Source of the DNA: an uncultured delta proteobacterium
GTDB taxonomy: Bacteria > Desulfobacterota > RBG-13-43-22
DNA length: 64,000 bases
Direction of reading: 5' to 3'
Assembly: GCA_963790475.1 (NCBI GenBank)
Contig: CAWBOS010000001.1
Location: 160,001 to 224,000 of the forward strand
The notes under the pieces were generated by a model. It did not search any database and was not told the DNA's origin. It saw nothing but the letters and a program-made list of their open reading frames with translations. Positions 9,972 to 20,368 of this stretch are shown here, piece after piece (position 1 is the stretch's first letter; each line of letters begins with the position of its first letter). The position numbers and the translations under genes are program-made.

Positions 9972-10145
9972 ACCGCAAAGTCGCAAAGATCGCAGAGGAG
10001 AATGTTTTTTGCTTTCCGCTGAGAAGGCGGAAAGCAAAAAGAGCTCTTTGCATTTGCCTGCTCCTCACAGGCAAATGCAAAATCTCTAACTTATCGTACT
10101 CGGCGTTTTTAACGAGCCCTATTTTAATCAGGGCGAGTGGGCGGT
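9972..10145. repeat. Palindromic repeat family C (ACCGCAAAGNCGCAAAG...), divergent copy
   Basis: Terminal ACCGCAAAGTCGCAAAG plus two long internal hairpins. Confidence 0.7.
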
Positions 10146-10341
10146 CAAATTCCTTTTCATAGGGAACCTATTTTATGCTCTCAGCAATAACTGACCGTAT
10201 TTTAAGGGTCGATGCGGTTCGGGGCCATAGAATGGCTTTCGATTAATTAACCAAAGGTATGCCAGGAGCGGGTCAAACACCTTCCGGCATCCTTTTGTTT
10301 CTTCAGGATAACCCCAAACCTCTAAACGAAAGGACAGGGAA

Positions 10342-11505
10342 ATGGATTTTAATTTTACCAACGAACAAATTGAATTACGCCGGAAAGCCAGGGAGTTTGC
10401 TGAAAAAGAAATCGGCCCTATGGCCCATGAACTGGACAGCACTAATGACGTCCCGGCCGAAGGTCTCAACCGTCTTAAAAAGTCCGGATTTTACGCCTAT
10501 GTTGTTCCAAAGGAATACGGCGGCAAAGGCGTATCCTCAATCAATCTGTGTATTCTTCGTGAAGAATTCGCTAAGGTTTCCTCCTTTCTGGATGAGGCTT
10601 TTGTCATGCAGGGTCTGGGAAGTTATCCCATTACTGTTAACGGAACCGAGGAACAGAAGAAAAAATACCTGACACCCCTGGTCGATGGTTCCCGGATGGC
10701 CAACTTCTGTCTCACCGAACGCAGTTCGGGTTCGGATGTGGCCGGTATCCAATCCACGGCCAGATTGGAAGGCGATCATTATGTCCTCAACGGCATTAAA
10801 TGCTATGTTTCCAGACCAGGCGACACGGACATCTCGACCGTTTTCGCCAAGACAGACCCCAAAGCCGGTGGAAAGGGCATATCGGCCTTCATTGTGGACC
10901 GGGCGATCTCGAAGTACCGGGCCGAAACCCGCAAGCTGATTGCCGAAGGGAATATCGGAGAAATCTTTATGGAAGACATGAAGGTCCCCAAGGAAAACCT
11001 TCTGGGTAAGGAGGGTGAAGGTATGCGCATTAGTCTGGGTAATCTGAGCATCTTTCGTCCGACCGTGGGCGCCGCCACACTCGGAATGGCCCACTGCGCT
11101 TTGTCCCTGGCCATAAATCATGCCAGACAGCGTGAAATGTTCGGCCAGAAGCTGGGTGATTTTCAGGTGACTCAGTTCAAGCTGGCGGAAATGAAAATAC
11201 AGCTCGACGCCGCTTCTCTGCTAATCTACCGGGCCGCCTGGCTGGCAGACAATCCCACGAGCGAAAGAACAACCCTGGAGGCCTCAGCCGCCAAATTCTA
11301 CGCCACTGAAATGGCGCACAAAATCGTTGACCAGTCGCTCCAGATCCACGGGGGCATCGGACTGCACAAGACCTCACGCATCGAACACCTTTATCGAGCC
11401 GTGCGTTCTCCTAGGATCTATGAAGGCGCATCCGAAATCCAGCTCCTGGTAGTGGGCCGGGAACTGATGAAACGGGAATACCTGACCAGCGACAATCGGC
11501 TGTAG
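10342..11505 (+). CDS. Acyl-CoA dehydrogenase
   Basis: FCLTERSSGSD, LNGIKCY, RQREMFG, QIHGGIG, IYEGASEIQ. Confidence 0.95.
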   Translation: MDFNFTNEQIELRRKAREFAEKEIGPMAHELDSTNDVPAEGLNRLKKSGFYAYVVPKEYGGKGVSSINLCILREEFAKVSSFLDEAFVMQGLGSYPITVNGTEEQKKKYLTPLVDGSRMANFCLTERSSGSDVAGIQSTARLEGDHYVLNGIKCYVSRPGDTDISTVFAKTDPKAGGKGISAFIVDRAISKYRAETRKLIAEGNIGEIFMEDMKVPKENLLGKEGEGMRISLGNLSIFRPTVGAATLGMAHCALSLAINHARQREMFGQKLGDFQVTQFKLAEMKIQLDAASLLIYRAAWLADNPTSERTTLEASAAKFYATEMAHKIVDQSLQIHGGIGLHKTSRIEHLYRAVRSPRIYEGASEIQLLVVGRELMKREYLTSDNRL

Positions 11506-11526
11506 AAATCATTGGGGTCATGCGCA

Positions 11527-12690
11527 ATGTTTAGCTTAAAAGATAAGGCCGCTATTGTCGGCATTGGAGAAACTGAATATTCCCGGGACGCCGGGGTGAG
11601 TGTTCTCAGCCTAAATCTGCAGGCGGCAAGACGTGCTGTAGAAGATGCCGGGCTTGCTATTAAAGATATTGACGGCCTCCTTCCCAGGGCGGATTTGGTG
11701 AAAACGGATGAGCTTCTCAGCAATTTCGGCATCAAAGACCTGAGATACTCGGTTATCATTCGAATGGGAGGGGCCAGCGCTACGGCCTCCCTGCAAAGTG
11801 CCGCCATGGCTGTAGCCAGCGGCGTGGCTAAAGTGGTACTGTGTGTGTTCGGCTGGAAGGCGGCTTCCGAAACCCGGTTTTCGCGCCGGCCCGTATCCTC
11901 ATCCGGAATATTACGCCAGAGGACGGTCCCCGGCAGTTTCGAGGACCCTTTCGGCAGTTTTGTCCCGGTGCAATATTATGCCCACATGGCCAAAAGGCAT
12001 ATGCATGAGTATGGTACCACCTCCCGTCAGTTCGGGGCAGTGGCTGTGGCCATGCGTAAGCATGCTATTCTCAATCCACAGGCTATCATGAGAAAGCCCA
12101 TGACTATTGAAGACCATCAAAACTCACGAATGATTTCCGAACCTTTCCGGCTTTTTGACTGCTGCCTGGAGAGCGATGGCGCAGCCGCGGTGGTGGTCAC
12201 TTCGGCGGAAAGGGCCTGCGACCTGAAGCAACGTCCTATCCATATTATGGGGGTGGCGGAGGGGCACCCTGATTCCCCTGATTATATTGCCGGACGACCG
12301 GTGCTTACCGAGGTGGGGCTGAAGAAGGCGGCTCCCAAGGCTTTCGCTATGGCCGGCATAACTCCCGGAGATATCGATGTGGCCCAAATTTATGATTGTT
12401 TCACCTATATTGTCATCGTTCAGCTGGAGGACCTGGGTTTCTGCAAGAAGGGGGAAGGGGGTCCTTTTGTGGAGAATGGAAGGATTGAGCTGGGGGGAGA
12501 GCTTCCGGTCAATACCCACGGCGGCCTCCTTTCCCAGGCGCACATCTCGGGTATGAACCATATCGTCGAGGCCGTGCGCCAGTTAAGAGGAGAGGGAGGA
12601 GCCGCCCAGGTAAAGGGCGCCAAAATTGGCCTGGTAACCGGTTATGGCGATTTTGGCGACGGCTCGATTGCTATTTTAAGAGGGGACTGA
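11527..12690 (+). CDS. Thiolase-superfamily (SCP-x/Ltp2-like) protein lacking the N-terminal catalytic Cys
   Basis: AAIVGIGET, DCCLESDG, IYDCF, NTHGGLLS; MGGAS where thiolases carry Cys. Confidence 0.88.
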   Translation: MFSLKDKAAIVGIGETEYSRDAGVSVLSLNLQAARRAVEDAGLAIKDIDGLLPRADLVKTDELLSNFGIKDLRYSVIIRMGGASATASLQSAAMAVASGVAKVVLCVFGWKAASETRFSRRPVSSSGILRQRTVPGSFEDPFGSFVPVQYYAHMAKRHMHEYGTTSRQFGAVAVAMRKHAILNPQAIMRKPMTIEDHQNSRMISEPFRLFDCCLESDGAAAVVVTSAERACDLKQRPIHIMGVAEGHPDSPDYIAGRPVLTEVGLKKAAPKAFAMAGITPGDIDVAQIYDCFTYIVIVQLEDLGFCKKGEGGPFVENGRIELGGELPVNTHGGLLSQAHISGMNHIVEAVRQLRGEGGAAQVKGAKIGLVTGYGDFGDGSIAILRGD

Positions 12691-12691
12691 T

Positions 12692-13099
12692 ATGACCGAA
12701 TACCAAAAACCGCTTCCTCTTCCTACCCAGGACACCAGGGAATTCTGGGAGGGATGCCGGCGCCACGAACTCCTTATTCAGAAATGCCGAAAATGCGGTG
12801 TCTTTCGCTTTTATCCCCGTCCCATGTGCCCCGAGTGTAATTCGATGGAATGCGAATGGATCAAGGCCGAAGGAAAAGGCCGGGTGTATTCCTGGACCGT
12901 GGCCGTTCGGCAGTTTCACCCTGCCTTTGAAGTCCCCTATGTTATTGCCATTGTGGAGCTGGAAGAGGGAGTGCGGATGACGACCAACGTCATAAACTGC
13001 AAACCTGAAGAACTCTTTGTGGGGATGCCGGCGGAGGTTGTCTTCGAGGATGTTACTGAGGAGACTACGTTACCCAAGTTTAGGCCGATAAAGGATTAA
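12692..13099 (+). CDS. DUF35 Zn-ribbon/OB-fold protein, partner of the thiolase-like protein
   Basis: CRKC...PRPMCPEC, GRVYSWT, PYVIAIVELEEG. Confidence 0.92.
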   Translation: MTEYQKPLPLPTQDTREFWEGCRRHELLIQKCRKCGVFRFYPRPMCPECNSMECEWIKAEGKGRVYSWTVAVRQFHPAFEVPYVIAIVELEEGVRMTTNVINCKPEELFVGMPAEVVFEDVTEETTLPKFRPIKD

Positions 13100-13249
13100 C
13101 TGGTAGCTCCTTTGAGCAACCTGTAATAAAAGAGTTTTTCAACAAACGGTTAATGACCTGCCCTTACAAGTTGTCATAGGGAGTCTCCGTTGACTTATGA
13201 AAACTCCTGTGGCCCGGAATTGGGATCGGGACACGATGGGAGGTGGGGC

Positions 13250-13945
13250 ATGATCGAAAAAGAGATCGGTTTTATCGCCGGTGATTCTTCGGGAAAAGTC
13301 AGCGCTATTTTTTTGTGTCCTGAAAAACCGCGCTGGCTACTGGTGCTTGCCCATGGCGCCGGCGCAGGCATACGGCAGGCCTTCATGTCCGGTATGGCGC
13401 GGCTTTTGGCCAAGCAGGGAATTGCCAGTTTCCGGTATCAGTTTCCTTATATGGAACAGGGGAAAAATGGACCCGACCCGCAGCCTGTTCTGCTCCGGAC
13501 CGTTCGCTCCGCTGGGGTGGCCGCACGAGAAATCGGAGGAGGTTTACCGATGCTGGCGGGGGGCAAATCATTGGGCGGACGCATGACCTCGACCGCCGCT
13601 TCCCAGGAGGCCCTGACCGGTGTAAAGGGACTGGTCTTCTTTGGATTTCCGCTCCATGCCCCGGGAAAACCCTCCAGCGAACGGGGTGAGCATTTGTTCA
13701 AAATCCCCCTGCCCATGCTTTTTCTGCAAGGGACGCGCGACACCCTGGCTGAACCGGCGCTGATGCGTCCTTTGTGCGCCCGGCTTCAAAGGGGGAGACC
13801 GGTCAGACTCCAGGTCATCGAGGGGGCCGATCATAGCTTCCATGTGCCGAAAAAATCAGGTAGGTCAGACGAAGAGATATTGGAAGAATTGGCCAGGATG
13901 GTCTCGGAATGGACCTCCGACCTGGATCCCGGCAGAACTCCATAG
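13250..13945 (+). CDS. Alpha/beta hydrolase (KANL3/Tex30-like)
   Basis: LAHGAGA, GGKSLGGR, QGTRD, GADHSF. Confidence 0.88.
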   Translation: MIEKEIGFIAGDSSGKVSAIFLCPEKPRWLLVLAHGAGAGIRQAFMSGMARLLAKQGIASFRYQFPYMEQGKNGPDPQPVLLRTVRSAGVAAREIGGGLPMLAGGKSLGGRMTSTAASQEALTGVKGLVFFGFPLHAPGKPSSERGEHLFKIPLPMLFLQGTRDTLAEPALMRPLCARLQRGRPVRLQVIEGADHSFHVPKKSGRSDEEILEELARMVSEWTSDLDPGRTP

Positions 13946-14338
13946 AGGGATCGCCTTTTCAGACCGGCGTGGAGAATGAGGTCTGGGAGGCAAATTTTAA
14001 ACCTTGCCCTTTGCCCACCGTTAGGATGCCTTAAATTGGCCGGGGACCTTGTGCTCACCTATCCCCGACCAGGGCGAACCTATGAGCCGATATTACGGCT
14101 TCCATATAATGTCTCTCGGGATCTGGAAATACCGGCTTTATTTTAATAAAATACATAGTTCGCCTCATATCTTTTAAAAAACACATCCTTTATCTTAGAA
14201 ATTAAAACTCCCGGCACCAGGTGCGGAGAATAAGGGAGCAGGTATTCTTTTGGCTCAGTTTTTTTGTTGGCAACCTTTACCAAAGTAAACTCAAGGGAAT
14301 GATAATAGCCCCCATTTCTTAAATGAGAGACTTGCCAG

Positions 14339-16234
14339 ATGAGAGATAATGAAAAGACCAAAGACCAACTTATCAAGGAGCTAAATGATCTGCGATGGAG
14401 AGTTGTTGAACTGGAAAAGTCTGAAACCGAGCGCCGGCAGACCGAAGGGGATATTAAAAATTTAGCGAAGTTTCCCTCCGAAAACCCTAATCCTGTGCTA
14501 CGCGTAAATCAAGGGGGTATTGTCCTGTATGCGAACGAAGCCAGTAAAACCCTGTTCCGAGATCGGCAGTGTGAAGTGGGCGGCTATGCTCCTGCATTAT
14601 GGTGCAATTTATTTATTGATGCCTTCAAAGACCAGTCTCAGAGAACCGTTGATGTTCAATTGGGTGAGAAGTTTTATACGTTTGATATTACACCGATCCC
14701 CAATACTGACTATGCCAACCTTTATGGTCGTGACAACACCGAACGCAAACGAGCGGAAGATGAAAACAGGCGCAACGAGGCACGGCTGGAAAGCCTCCTG
14801 AAAATATCTCAGTATCGCGCCGACTCGACCCAAGAGCTTCTGGATTTTGCCCTGGAAGAGGCCATTGCCCTCACAAACAGCAAGATCGGCTATGTTTACT
14901 TCTATGACGAGACCAAGAAAGAGTTCATTCTCAACACTTGGTCCAAAGAAGTCATGAAGCAGTGTACCATTGCCGAGCCCCAGACTGTTTATCACCTTGA
15001 TAAGACCGGGATCTGGGGAGAGGCCGTGAGGCAGGCCAAACCGATCATTGTCAATGATTTCCAGGCGACCCATCCACTAAAAAAGGGATACCCTGAAGGC
15101 CATGCTCCCCTCTATAAGTATATGACCGTTCCCGTTTTTTCCGATGACCGCATCGTGGGAGTTGTAGGCGTGGCCAATAAGGAAACGGACTATGACTTCT
15201 CCGATGTGCGCCAACTCACCCTGCTCATGGACTCGGTCTGGAAAATATTCGAACGCAAGCAGACCGAGGAGGCACTGCGCGAAAGTGAGCAGCGCTACCG
15301 CAGTTTGTTTGAGTCGATGGACGAGGGATTCGCCCTTTGTGAGATGATCTATGACCTACAGGGCAAGCCGATAGACTTCCGTTACCTGGTCGTCAACCCC
15401 GCCTTCGGCAAACTGACGGGCCTGCCGGTTGATCAGCTCGTAGGGCGAACGGTGAAAGAAGTGATCCCAGGGATCGAGTCTTTCTGGATTGAGTCTTTCG
15501 ACAGTGTGGTGCAGAGCGGTCGGGATGAAAGGTTCAACAACCCCGTGGCGGAACTGGGGAAGGATTATGAAGCATACGCCTGGCGCTCGGATGTCGGACG
15601 ATTTGCGGTGGTCTTCAGCGACGTAACGGAGCGCAAACGGGCAGAGGAGACTCTCAAGGCCTTATCTCTCAAAGATGATCTGACCGGCTTATATAACCGC
15701 CGGGGTTTCTTTGCTTTGGCTGAGCAGGGATTGAAGGCGGCGCAACGGATGGGAAAGGAAATGTTACTTATTTATGGAGACTTGGACAATTTTAAGGGGA
15801 TAAATGATGCCATTGGTCACCAAGAAGGCGATCAGGCCTTGATTGATATATCCCATATCCTTAAAGAGACTTTTCGGGAATCAGATATTATCTCCCGCTT
15901 AGGGGGAGATGAATTTGTCATTCTGGCCATGAATAATATTGAGGACGCAGCTGAAATACTGATCAATCGTTTTGAGAAAGTTTTGAGTGACCACGATCTC
16001 CAAAGAAAACGCCCTTACAGGCTCTCCATGAGCCTGGGAATTGTCAATTTTGACCCACAAAGCCCTTGCTCCATCGATGACCTGCTTGCCCAGGCGGACA
16101 AGATGATGTATGAGAATAAACAAAAAAGACAAACCAAGAAAGATAGGATCAAAAAATGGCCCAACCTTTCTCAGGCACATTTCAAACAGCATGGATCGGG
16201 GTCAAATGGATTGTGGGCAAATCTTAAACCATGA
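14339..16234 (+). CDS. Diguanylate cyclase (PAS-GAF-PAS-GGDEF)
   Basis: ENPNPV PAS, GAF region, DDLTGLYNRR, RESD I-site, GGDEF. Confidence 0.93.
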   Translation: MRDNEKTKDQLIKELNDLRWRVVELEKSETERRQTEGDIKNLAKFPSENPNPVLRVNQGGIVLYANEASKTLFRDRQCEVGGYAPALWCNLFIDAFKDQSQRTVDVQLGEKFYTFDITPIPNTDYANLYGRDNTERKRAEDENRRNEARLESLLKISQYRADSTQELLDFALEEAIALTNSKIGYVYFYDETKKEFILNTWSKEVMKQCTIAEPQTVYHLDKTGIWGEAVRQAKPIIVNDFQATHPLKKGYPEGHAPLYKYMTVPVFSDDRIVGVVGVANKETDYDFSDVRQLTLLMDSVWKIFERKQTEEALRESEQRYRSLFESMDEGFALCEMIYDLQGKPIDFRYLVVNPAFGKLTGLPVDQLVGRTVKEVIPGIESFWIESFDSVVQSGRDERFNNPVAELGKDYEAYAWRSDVGRFAVVFSDVTERKRAEETLKALSLKDDLTGLYNRRGFFALAEQGLKAAQRMGKEMLLIYGDLDNFKGINDAIGHQEGDQALIDISHILKETFRESDIISRLGGDEFVILAMNNIEDAAEILINRFEKVLSDHDLQRKRPYRLSMSLGIVNFDPQSPCSIDDLLAQADKMMYENKQKRQTKKDRIKKWPNLSQAHFKQHGSGSNGLWANLKP

Positions 16235-16460
16235 CAATTTGAATTATTTATTCCGAGGCGTTGTTGAATTGGCATATCGCGCACCCCGTAGACCCCTGAA
16301 GCACTAAACCGACAGGCCAAAGAAGGTCTTTCGATTCCCGCCTGAATGGAGAAAGGTTCCCCATCTACTTCCTTGCCTTCCGCTCTGTTTTTCACCTTGA
16401 CGGTGTTCTTTTCATTCCCTATACTCTTCTCATCAAAAAAAAGGAATTTCTTATCATTCA
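16195..16460 (+). repeat. Intergenic repeat family A, copy 1, ending in the promoter module (TTGACG 16397, TATACT 16420)
   Basis: ATCTTAAACCATGAC..AATTATTT..TAGACCCC..CCTGAATGGA..CCATCTAC shared with 24869 and 26543. Confidence 0.8.
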
Positions 16461-16620
16461 TATCTATGCCCAAAAAAAGAAACTATAAAAAACTATAGCC
16501 GTTTTATCAATAGCATCGTCACAATCGGATTGTGGTCAATATGACAGCTGGAATGGGCCGAGTTTTTCCAATTCAAACCTGTCTTTTGTTCCCGGCGAAG
16601 CGACGTCTGTTTCTTCTTTA

Positions 16621-16784
16621 TCCACGGTCATTGCTTCTGAGTATGGAGGTGAGCTATGGGTGCCGCCCTCGGATATTTTACGGCCAAGACCATTCTCCGA
16701 TTGCACGAAAAGAAGAGTAACTTTACCGTTGTCCCGATGACCGACGGTCAATATAGTGGCATTGGGTTTTCCGGGAATTTCTAA
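16621..16784 (+). pseudogene. Internally deleted remnant of a PAP2-family phosphatase
   Basis: STVIASEYGGELWVPP in one frame joined to GAALGYFTAKTILRLH...GIGFSGNF* in another. Confidence 0.5.
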
Positions 16785-16820
16785 ACTGGCGACTCACGAT
16801 TAAAAAAAGGAGGTTTATTG

Positions 16821-17951
16821 ATGGGACCGCTCAAAGGAGTAAAGATAATTGAAGTGGGTGGGATCGGACCGGGACCTTTCTGCGCCATGATGCTCTCTGA
16901 TATGGGAGCAGATATCATTCGTGTGGACCGCAAGGGGGAGCCCGCCAGGTTCGAACCGGAATACGACACCCTGCATCGGGGCCGGCGATCCATCGGTGTT
17001 GATCTCAAGAAACCCGAAGGCGTTGAGCTTCTGCTCCGGTTAGTCGAAAAAGCCGACGCCCTCCAGGAAGGATTCCGGCCTGGCGTTATGGAAAAATTAG
17101 GGATTGGGCCTGAGGTCTGTTTAAAACGAAACCCTAAACTCGTGTACGGCCGAATGACAGGCTGGGGGCAAGAGGGACCCCTCTCCCAGGCCTCCGGGCA
17201 CGATATCAATTATATCGCTTTGACCGGCGCTCTTTACAGTATCGGTCGGCCCGATCAGAACCCGGTGCCGCCCTTGAACCTCATAGGTGATTTCGGCGGC
17301 GGTGGTATGTTGCTGGCCTTTGGTATGGCCTGCGCCCTTTTTGAGACCCAGAGATCAGGCAAGGGCCAGGTCATTGATGCCGCCATGGTGGATGGGTCTG
17401 CAGCCCTCATGACCATGTTCTATGGCCTGAGGGCCGCAGGTCTGTGGACCGATGAGCGCGGTTCTAACTTTCTGGACAGCGGGGCTCACTTTTATGACAC
17501 CTATGAAACCGCAGACGGTAAATGGATATCGGTCGGATCTATTGAACCCCAGTTCTATACCCTCATGCTCCAGCACTCAGGCATCGATGATCCTGAGTTC
17601 CAGGCCCAGAACGACAGGGCCAAGTGGCCTGAACTGAAGAAAAAGATTGCCGGGATATTCAAGACCAGGACGCGGGAGGAATGGTGCGAGATCATGCTGG
17701 GGACCGATGTCTGTTTCGGGCCTGTTCTAACTATGGGAGAGGCTTTGGGGCATCCCCATAACGTGGCCCGAAAGACATTCGTCGAGATTGAAGGGGTGCC
17801 GCAACCGGCCCCTGCGCCGCGTTTCAGCCGGACCAAACCGGAAATTCGGGGACCTGCCCTTGTGGGGCCTCAACACACGGAAACCGCTCTTCTGGACTGG
17901 GGTATTCCCAGGAACGACATCGAAAAACTAAAAGCCGCTGAGGTAATTTAA
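16821..17951 (+). CDS. CaiB/BaiF CoA-transferase family, alpha-methylacyl-CoA racemase-like
   Basis: [35 protein letters not shown]. Confidence 0.93.
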   Translation: MGPLKGVKIIEVGGIGPGPFCAMMLSDMGADIIRVDRKGEPARFEPEYDTLHRGRRSIGVDLKKPEGVELLLRLVEKADALQEGFRPGVMEKLGIGPEVCLKRNPKLVYGRMTGWGQEGPLSQASGHDINYIALTGALYSIGRPDQNPVPPLNLIGDFGGGGMLLAFGMACALFETQRSGKGQVIDAAMVDGSAALMTMFYGLRAAGLWTDERGSNFLDSGAHFYDTYETADGKWISVGSIEPQFYTLMLQHSGIDDPEFQAQNDRAKWPELKKKIAGIFKTRTREEWCEIMLGTDVCFGPVLTMGEALGHPHNVARKTFVEIEGVPQPAPAPRFSRTKPEIRGPALVGPQHTETALLDWGIPRNDIEKLKAAEVI

Positions 17952-17997
17952 AGAAAAGCATTTTTTATAAAAAAATAAATTAGAGCGAGGTTGTGAT

Positions 17998-18246
17998 ATG
18001 GCAGCATCATCAAGGAATCCTGCCGGGATCCATAGCCTGAAGCTGCTTGACCAGGCTTTTGAAGCCCTGCGAACTTTTCATCCCATGAACAGGGAAGAGG
18101 TCGCTTCCCTGCTGGCCAGAACGGCGGAAGCGGCCAAAGACGGGAAATATGAAATGTTTAAGACCAGCACGATGTATGATGCCACCGCGCGAGACCCGTC
18201 TATGATGGGGGAAGATTCGGAGCAGGTACGAAATATGTTCGGATAA
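17998..18246 (+). pseudogene. C-terminal remnant of an aldo/keto reductase
   Basis: GIHSLKLLDQAFEALRTFHPM..LLARTAEAA..GKYEMFKT resembles AKR C-termini. Confidence 0.5.
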
Positions 18247-18355
18247 CAGGGTATTTTTGAAAGCGGCCTTCTAATGGGTTAGGCACTCCTGAGGCTGTTT
18301 AACCTTTCAGCATCTTTTTTTATTATCGTGTTCGAAACAGGAGAGTAGAATTTCT

Positions 18356-18408
18356 TTGACCAGCCCTGTTATTTTTCGTATACTCTTATCCGGCAAAAGA
18401 AAACTTCT
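18356..18408 (+). promoter_or_regulatory. Repeated sigma-70 promoter/leader module (copy)
   Basis: TTGACC-17-TATACT-CTTATCCGGCAAAAGAAAACTTCT. Confidence 0.6.
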
Positions 18409-18497
18409 CCTATTGAAATGGCAGGGAAGACCAGAAGAAACGTTTGAGCTGATCTTCAACGTTCAATCGTATAATGATCAGCTTGGCAGGGGGGATT

Positions 18498-19501
18498 ATG
18501 GAATAAATAACGGGATTACCCTCGTTACCGGCGCGGCCGGATTCATGGGAAGTCACCTTGTTGAATTCCTTGCCCGAAAAGGGGTCCGTACCAGGGCTTC
18601 CGCCCGTCCGAGAAAGGACACCTCATTTTTTGACCGATTGGGCGTCGAATATGTGCCCGCCGACCTTACCAAGCCTGAAACGCTGTCCCGGCTCTTTGAT
18701 GGCGGCGTCGACCGGGTATTCCACCTGGGAGCGATCTGCAATTTCTCCACACCTTTTGAATCCCTCTATCCGACCAACGTTACCGGCGTTAAACTGATCA
18801 CCGAGCTTGCGCTGAAAAATGGGGTTAAGCGCTATGTTCATGTCGGTTCCACCAGCGTGTACGGGTATTACCAGGGTACGCCGTTCAAAGAAGACAGTCT
18901 CCGTGACCCGCAGGATTCCTACGGGAGGAGCAAACGTGACGGAGAAGACAGGGTCTGGTACCGCATCAAGGAAGGCCTCCCGGCCATCATAACGCGGCCG
19001 TGCACCGTGTACGGGACGCGCTGCAATGACGGTGCCGGCAAGGCTTTTTCGCGTCCCTCCAGCATCAGCGTGATCCCGGGAAACGGCAGGCAGCTTCTTT
19101 CCAACGTCCGGGCGGAAGACGTAGCAGCCGCCGTCTACCATCTCTCGCTCATCGATACCGCTGTCGGGCAGGCCTTTAATCTGGCCGAAGACACCCATCC
19201 GACCCTGGAGGAGGCGCTGGTGATGTCCTCCAGGGCTTTCGGTACCAGGCCGCCAAAATTACACCTGCCACTCTGGCTGGTGAAGGCCGTCGCCCGTGTG
19301 GACGGAGCGGTTTCGAAACGCAAAGGACGAATACCGGACCTGGAGCTGGACGCGGTAAAATATCTCTATGATGACTACATCGTGGATAACAGCAAACTGA
19401 AATCCACGGGATACCGGATGATCTATCCGGATTTCAGGGAATCCATGGAACAGATGGGCCAGTGGTATCGTGCGGGAGCGGGGCAGATCAAGTCAGCATG
19501 A
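18498..19501 (+). CDS. NAD-dependent epimerase/dehydratase (extended SDR, 3-beta-HSD-like); start codon out of frame
   Basis: VTGAAGFMGSH, YGRSK; the ATG at 18498 behind GGGGG reads ATG GAA TAA, implying an indel in the first codons. Confidence 0.82.
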
Positions 19502-19520
19502 ATAAACGGGAGGTGCATTA

Positions 19521-20351
19521 ATGGGACAGATTGTGGTAATTACCGGTTGTGCGGATGGGATGGGGCGTCATGTCGCCGAAATGCTGGCCGCTGCAGGTCA
19601 TTCCGTGGCCGGCTTTGACGTCGATTCCCAGGGCATAGCCTCTCTGGAGAAGGCGCTAAAAGATATCGGTGGTGAGCATCTGCTGGAGACCATCGATATT
19701 ACCGACCGGCCGGCGGTCAAGAAATTTTGCGATCAGGTCCTGGCCCGGTACGGTCATGTCGATACGGTGCTTTCCAATGTGGGAATCGGATTCTTCAGTC
19801 CCTTTGAGGAAGTGAATCTCGAGAAAGCCCTCCAGTGCCTTGAAATTAACGTCATCGGGGCGGCAGCCATTTTTCAGGCTTTCATTCCGTCGATGCGCGA
19901 ACGGCGATCCGGTAAGCTGATCGCCATGTCGTCGCTGGTAGGGCGCATTCCTTTCCCATTTGAATCCATATATTCGGCGAGCAAATTCGCCGTCACAGGG
20001 ATGGTGCTCTCGCTCAAGTACGAGGTGGCTCCCTTCGGCATACAAGTGGCTCTCATAGAACCGGCACAGGTGTCCACGAGTTTTGCAGCTAAAATCCACG
20101 TCCTGCCGCCGGAAGATTCCGTCTACCGGGATCGGGCCCGACGGTTTATTGAGCGGGATAATGAACTCATCAAAACGGCGCCCACGCCTCCCTATGCGGC
20201 CCAGAAGATCATGAAAATCATCGAGGCGGAAAAGCCGTCCTTGTTCAATCAGATCGACTTCATGAGCACTTTTTTCCTGTGGCTCAACCAGTTCCTGCCG
20301 CGACGGATGAGGGACGCGATCCTGGTCAGCCACATGCATATTAAAGTTTGA
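19521..20351 (+). CDS. Classical SDR oxidoreductase
   Basis: ITGCADGMG, SS..G, YSASK. Confidence 0.92.
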   Translation: MGQIVVITGCADGMGRHVAEMLAAAGHSVAGFDVDSQGIASLEKALKDIGGEHLLETIDITDRPAVKKFCDQVLARYGHVDTVLSNVGIGFFSPFEEVNLEKALQCLEINVIGAAAIFQAFIPSMRERRSGKLIAMSSLVGRIPFPFESIYSASKFAVTGMVLSLKYEVAPFGIQVALIEPAQVSTSFAAKIHVLPPEDSVYRDRARRFIERDNELIKTAPTPPYAAQKIMKIIEAEKPSLFNQIDFMSTFFLWLNQFLPRRMRDAILVSHMHIKV

Positions 20352-20368
20352 GCTACCGGAGGTATTCC

